Source: an uncultured candidate division Zixibacteria bacterium
GTDB lineage: Bacteria > Zixibacteria > MSB-5A5 > RBG-16-43-9
Reading direction: 5' to 3'
DNA length: 64,000 nt
Assembly (NCBI GenBank): GCA_963713865.1
Contig: OY970208.1
Location: forward strand, 2,400,001-2,464,000
The notes beneath the pieces were generated by a model, which was not told the DNA's origin, searched no databases, and was given only the letters and a program-made list of their open reading frames with translations. Below are positions 59,075 to 64,000 of this stretch, piece after piece. A program made the translations under genes and the position numbers. Numbering within the stretch: position 1 is the first letter of the stretch; every line of letters begins with the position of its first letter.

Positions 59075-62000
59075 ATGAAAAAAAGAATCAAAGCGATCTC
59101 AAGGTCTTCTGACAAAGTACCTATGGATATTATCAATAATCGATACCGGATCTTAAGAAAATTGGGCGAAGGAGGGATGGGATCAGTTTTTTTAGCAGAA
59201 GACAGCTTGGAGAACAATAAAAAGATCGCCCTCAAGACCATCAAGGCTGATCAACAGAGACTTCCCGCCTTAGAAAGATTCAAAAATGAGTTTAAATCAC
59301 TGACCGAGTTACACCATCCCAATCTGGCTGAAGTTTATGATTTTGGAATAATCCGGGGCTCTTCTTCCGGAGAGGAAGAATATTTTTTCACCCTGGAATA
59401 TGTTGAAGGTAAAGATTTCTTTGAAGCCTCTGAGAACCTATCTTGTGAAGAGCTGTATGAGTTAATCGTTCAAGTCTGCAGAGCTTTGGAATATGTCCAT
59501 TTAAGGGGTTTTCTGCATAACGACATAAAGCCAGAGAATATCCTCATCCAAAATCCGGGTAAAGGAAAGTATCTGGCAAAACTTATGGACTTTGGCCTGG
59601 CTGAGGAAAAACCTACCCCGGGCAAAATCAAAGGGACTGCGCACTACATTGCTCCGGAAATCGCCTCCGGAAAACCTTCGTCTCGTCTTTCAGATCTATA
59701 CTCTTTAGGAGTTGTGCTTTATCAGGTTTCAACCCGAAAGCTACCTTTCGATGGAAAAAGCCCAATAGAGATTTTGAAAAACCAGATAGAACAGGAGCCC
59801 GCACCACCGCAGAGGGTTAAACCCGATATCCCGGACCCACTCCAGACGATAATCCTGAAACTTCTTTCAAAGAATCCAGAGAACCGCTACCAGAGTGCCA
59901 ACGAGATCATTGAAGCCCTGAACAATCTGGCTCAAAAGGATTTCCAGATCGACATCCCGGATACCGGGGAAAGCTATCTGTTCAGTGGTAAATTCATCGG
60001 AAGACAAAAAGAACGCTCTTTATTTCAGGAATATCAGCAGAGATTACTCAAAGAAAAAAAAGGTGGTTTTATTCTAATTCGAGGGAGGAGCGGTATAGGA
60101 AAAACCCGCCTGCTGAATGAATTCAGATATAATATCCAGTTGAATAAACTGCATTACTTTTCTGGAAAAGTTATCTCTGAAAGCAGCACCCCATACCAAC
60201 CAATCAAAGAGATCCTGAAACAGGTAATTCCATTATTTGAGGAAAGCTCTCTCAAAAAATACATCTGGATTCTGCAGAAACTGATTCCGGAATCATTCCC
60301 CTCCAGATCCGAGGTCGAGCTGACCAGACTCAACCCTGAACAGGAAAAACTCAAACTTTACGACGCGGTTACTCAGCTCTTTTTGGAGTTCAGTGAATTC
60401 ATCCCTTCGGTATTTAGTTTCGACGATCTCCATCTGGCTGATCAATCCAGTCTGGAGCTTCTGAACTACATCTTCCGGAATATCAAAGGATATCCCACTT
60501 TGATCCTGGGAAGTTATCAGGATGAAGAAAAAGAAGAAAAAAAGGGGACTACTATTTTTGAAAACGAGTTCCAGGAACTTAAAGCTGAGGGACTTCTCAC
60601 CGAGATCTGTCTGGAGAGTTTTGAACTTCAGGAGATAGAAGAGCTTCTAAAATCTATGCTGGGGTTGGAGACTATCCCTTCTGGTTTTATTCAAAAATTA
60701 AAAGAGCTCACCGGAGGAAATCCATTTTTCCTGCAGGAGGTAATGAAAGCCATAATTGAGAAGAAGACTTTTTCCAGAAAAGACCTTCTCTGGTCCCTGG
60801 AGAAATTTGATTTCTCGGAGCTGAAGATCCCCAAAACCATGAAAGGGGTCCTCTCTGAGAGGATTAAAAAATTGGAACCTTCTCTCCTGAGCATTGCTCA
60901 ATGCTTGGCTGTTTTCAACCGAGCCACCCAATCAGAGCTTATACAAAAATCTTTATTCCCGCTTAAAGATGAATTGATAACCGGACTTAAGGCTTTGCAG
61001 AAAATGGAATTTGTAGAACTTGATTATGAAAGAGAAACTGAGGTCTATATTCTGAATAATGCCCAGCTTCGGGATGTGATCTATGAAGAGATGGATTCGG
61101 AATTAAGAAAAGAGATGCACCAGGCACTGGGACTTCTCTTGGAAGATTTCTACAAACAAAATCGAAAAGCTCATTCTGAGGAATTAGCTTATCATTTCAA
61201 CAGCTCACCGGATAAAAAAAGAGCTTTAAGCTATTCCCTCTTAGCGGGCAGACGCAGCAAGAAAATATATGCTAATAATGAGGCAATCAAATTCTTCGAG
61301 AATGCCCTTCTCCTTTTAGCCAAGAAAAATAATTATAAGGTTGAATCGAAAGTATTCGAGAACATCATCGAGCTCTACCAGCTCTTGGGCAAATACGACC
61401 TGGCCATTCAAAAATTTGAAGAATGGATTAAGATCTGTCCTGAACCCAGGAAAAAAGCCAGGGCCTATGAAAAAATCGGGATGATCTATGAGAAAAAAGG
61501 AGAATTTGATCTGGCTTTAGAGCATCTGAAAAAAGGTATAGAGTATCTTGACCCGGAAGAGAACACCTGGGAGATGGCTCGTCTCTGTTATGATTCCGGA
61601 TTTGTACACAGTCGTAAAGGGGAGTTCGATCCGGCTAAAGGATTTTACGAAAAAGCCCTTAAAATCTTAGAAGATAAAAATGACCATGCTTCTCAGAAAG
61701 AGGTTGGAAAACTCTTTAATGCTACCGGGGTGGTTCACTGGTATCAGGGTAAATATGATCAGGCAAGCGAATATTATTGGAAAAGTATCGAAATCTTTCA
61801 GAAAATAAAAGATGAGCAGGAGATTTCTTCTCCTTACAATAACTTAGGCAACATCTCTTTTGATCGAGGCAGTTACGATCAGGCTATCGAATATTACCAG
61901 AAGAGCCTTTCCTTGCGCGAGAAAATGGGGGACACCAATACCATAGCCGGTTCATACAATAACTTAGGAAATGCTTATTACAAAAAAGGAAGCTTTGCCG

Positions 62001-62926
62001 AAGCCTTACGAAACTATAAAAGGAGCGCTTCTATTTATTCCCGCATTGGAGCACGCTCCTCAGTTATCATCCCCTTGAGCAACATAGCTAACATCAGTTT
62101 AGATCAGGCAGATTATCGCTCAGCTTTAGAACATAACCAGAAATGTATGGAGATGTCTGAGAAGGTAGGGGCAGTCTGGAATACTTCAATCAACGCTCAT
62201 AACCAGGGATGTATCTATCAGCTCATAAATGAGCTGGATAGAGCTATAGAAATCTCTCATAAAAGCTACGCTTTAAAGTGTAAATTGAAAGATACCTTTG
62301 GAAAGGCTGGAGCTTTTAACCTCCTGGGAGATATATACAGGATAAAAGGTGAATGGTTTAAATCTGAAAGATATTTGCAGAAAGCCATAAAGATCTACCA
62401 GGAATTAAACAGTAAACCTGGAGAAGCTGAAGGTCTAAAGTCCTGGGCAGAACTAAATTTAGAAACCGGAAACTATCCCCTGGCTTTTGAGCTTATAAAA
62501 AATGCTCTTAAGCTTTCAGAGGAGTCTCAGGACGTTGGCCTTATCCTCTCCACCCTTCTTCTTCTGGGAAAGACTAAATTAAGAGCCAAGATCTCAAACT
62601 GGGATCAGAAAGATTTCTCTTATGAAGAGATCGAAAAAGACTTGAAAACCGCGCTGGATAAAGCTGAATCTCTGCAAAAACCGGAATTGCAGTGGGAGAT
62701 CCTAACCAGCTTAGGCAATCTATATCAATCTCAGAAAAGATATACTCAAGCCATCAAATTTTATAAAAAAGCGGTAAATGTTCTCAGGGAAATCTATGCT
62801 AAAGTACCTGAACAATTCCGAAGCTCATATCTTTCAGAGCCCAAGAAAATTCAGCTAAGGAAAGATACCTCTCGACTGAAAGAAGAGATCAAAACCCGGA
62901 GTAGAGCTTTAGTTGGAGTAACTTAA
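59075..62926 (+). CDS. Ser/Thr kinase - P-loop ATPase - TPR multidomain protein (start may be ATG 59123)
   Basis: LGEGGMG, HNDIKPEN, DFG, YIAPE; GRSGIGKT, FDDLHLAD, TGGNPFF; many TPRs. Confidence 0.9.
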   Translation: MKKRIKAISRSSDKVPMDIINNRYRILRKLGEGGMGSVFLAEDSLENNKKIALKTIKADQQRLPALERFKNEFKSLTELHHPNLAEVYDFGIIRGSSSGEEEYFFTLEYVEGKDFFEASENLSCEELYELIVQVCRALEYVHLRGFLHNDIKPENILIQNPGKGKYLAKLMDFGLAEEKPTPGKIKGTAHYIAPEIASGKPSSRLSDLYSLGVVLYQVSTRKLPFDGKSPIEILKNQIEQEPAPPQRVKPDIPDPLQTIILKLLSKNPENRYQSANEIIEALNNLAQKDFQIDIPDTGESYLFSGKFIGRQKERSLFQEYQQRLLKEKKGGFILIRGRSGIGKTRLLNEFRYNIQLNKLHYFSGKVISESSTPYQPIKEILKQVIPLFEESSLKKYIWILQKLIPESFPSRSEVELTRLNPEQEKLKLYDAVTQLFLEFSEFIPSVFSFDDLHLADQSSLELLNYIFRNIKGYPTLILGSYQDEEKEEKKGTTIFENEFQELKAEGLLTEICLESFELQEIEELLKSMLGLETIPSGFIQKLKELTGGNPFFLQEVMKAIIEKKTFSRKDLLWSLEKFDFSELKIPKTMKGVLSERIKKLEPSLLSIAQCLAVFNRATQSELIQKSLFPLKDELITGLKALQKMEFVELDYERETEVYILNNAQLRDVIYEEMDSELRKEMHQALGLLLEDFYKQNRKAHSEELAYHFNSSPDKKRALSYSLLAGRRSKKIYANNEAIKFFENALLLLAKKNNYKVESKVFENIIELYQLLGKYDLAIQKFEEWIKICPEPRKKARAYEKIGMIYEKKGEFDLALEHLKKGIEYLDPEENTWEMARLCYDSGFVHSRKGEFDPAKGFYEKALKILEDKNDHASQKEVGKLFNATGVVHWYQGKYDQASEYYWKSIEIFQKIKDEQEISSPYNNLGNISFDRGSYDQAIEYYQKSLSLREKMGDTNTIAGSYNNLGNAYYKKGSFAEALRNYKRSASIYSRIGARSSVIIPLSNIANISLDQADYRSALEHNQKCMEMSEKVGAVWNTSINAHNQGCIYQLINELDRAIEISHKSYALKCKLKDTFGKAGAFNLLGDIYRIKGEWFKSERYLQKAIKIYQELNSKPGEAEGLKSWAELNLETGNYPLAFELIKNALKLSEESQDVGLILSTLLLLGKTKLRAKISNWDQKDFSYEEIEKDLKTALDKAESLQKPELQWEILTSLGNLYQSQKRYTQAIKFYKKAVNVLREIYAKVPEQFRSSYLSEPKKIQLRKDTSRLKEEIKTRSRALVGVT

Positions 62927-62959
62927 AGATCCTATTAAAAAGAATATGAGGTTTTTCTA

Positions 62960-64000
62960 ATGCTCACTTCAGACCTGAAAAAGAAAAGCACTTCCTCCTC
63001 TTATGAGGGCGCCGAAGTCTTCAGATCAATGGAAAACGACTTAGAGGAAGCAGAAATTGGAGCCATCGAGCTGGATAAAGCCAGACAGAGTCATTTCCAG
63101 GACCAATCCCTACGCCAGCTTTTAGAGATCAGTAACGCTATGAATTCCAATTTAAAGCTGGAGCGACTTTTAAGCTATGTTATGGATCAGGTCATAGAGA
63201 TGACCAAAGCGGAATACGGTTATCTTATCTCCTTAAAAGAGGATGGTGATTTAGAATTCAAGGTGGCTCATAACCTGGCTAAAGAGGAGATCGAAAGCGC
63301 TGAGTTTGAGATAAGCCGAAGCGTGATCCGGGAGGTAATAGAAACCCAGAACAACAGTTTTTTTACAGAACGCCTCCCAGGATGAAAAGTTCAAAAACCA
63401 AAACAGCATCTTAGACCTGCAGCTGAAATCGATACTGTGCGTTCCCTTAAAAAGAAAGCAGAAGCTCTTGGGTTTAATCTACTTAGAAAATAGAACTATC
63501 GCCGGGATGTTCACTCCAGATCAAACCGAGCTCTTAGAGATCTTTGCCAATCAGGCTGCCACCGCTATAGAGAATGCCCAGTTATTTGAGTTAACTGATG
63601 AGAAGCTCCAAAAAAAAGTCCACGAGCTCTCAGCCATTAACTCGGTCATCTCTACTATCAGCCGGACCATGGACCTTAAATTGATTTATTATGATACCGT
63701 CAGGATCATTAAACAAATCACCAAAGCTGATTATGCAGGCATTCATATAATAAAAAATAACCGTATTGTTCTGGAAGCTTTTTTAGGTCTCGAATCTTAT
63801 CTGCTTAACAAAAATAGGATAGCGAATATAGATACACCCTGGGCGAAAAAGTTTCTTGAGCCACTGAAGTGGTTAAAAAACAATCCTCTGGCTGAGTTAA
63901 ATGATTTCATCTCCTCGGAGGCAAAAGACCTGGGAATTCAAACTTATCTCTGTATCCCTTTAAAATCCAAGGAGAACTTAATAGGATTAATGGTCCTAGC
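62960..64000 (+). CDS. Tandem-GAF signalling protein, frameshifted near 63350 and running off the window
   Basis: First GAF continues in the +1 frame (SILCVPL..LGLIYLEN..FANQAATAIENA); second GAF open to 64000. Confidence 0.8.

Overview
AT-rich bacterial chromosomal segment. The dockerin-tailed and T9SS-like-tailed secreted proteins suggest an FCB-related lineage such as candidate phylum Zixibacteria (inference only). Housekeeping genes (rlmH, ftsY, smc, rodZ-like, maf, dtd, rpoZ, dnaK, pckG, LPS glycosyltransferases) are interleaved with several accessory modules: (i) a lipoprotein multiheme cytochrome / beta-barrel / 14-heme cytochrome operon resembling an extracellular electron conduit; (ii) an IS110 element inserted at a CT core inside a GTAG-type REP, with bridge-RNA target and donor guides readable directly and a perfect empty target elsewhere in the window; (iii) a hsp20-hsp20-dnaK-rpoZ operon with a sigma-54-type promoter and four phased enhancer-like boxes; (iv) a decayed MTase/HNH restriction-modification locus with an intact NucS-like nuclease-wHTH gene inside it; (v) a HEAT / metallopeptidase-propeller-Omp85 / BamB-like / HEAT operon; (vi) a ferritin-like cluster with a half-ferritin-PP2C fusion and a rubredoxin missing from the ORF track; (vii) an orphan phage-initiator-like HTH gene with internal iteron-like repeats. 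Intergenic DNA is packed with many palindromic repeat families and 7-8-mer tandem repeats, some read in frame inside proteins. Three single-base frameshifts may be assembly errors. No rRNA, tRNA or CRISPR array was recognised. All calls come from reading motifs by eye; no searches were run.
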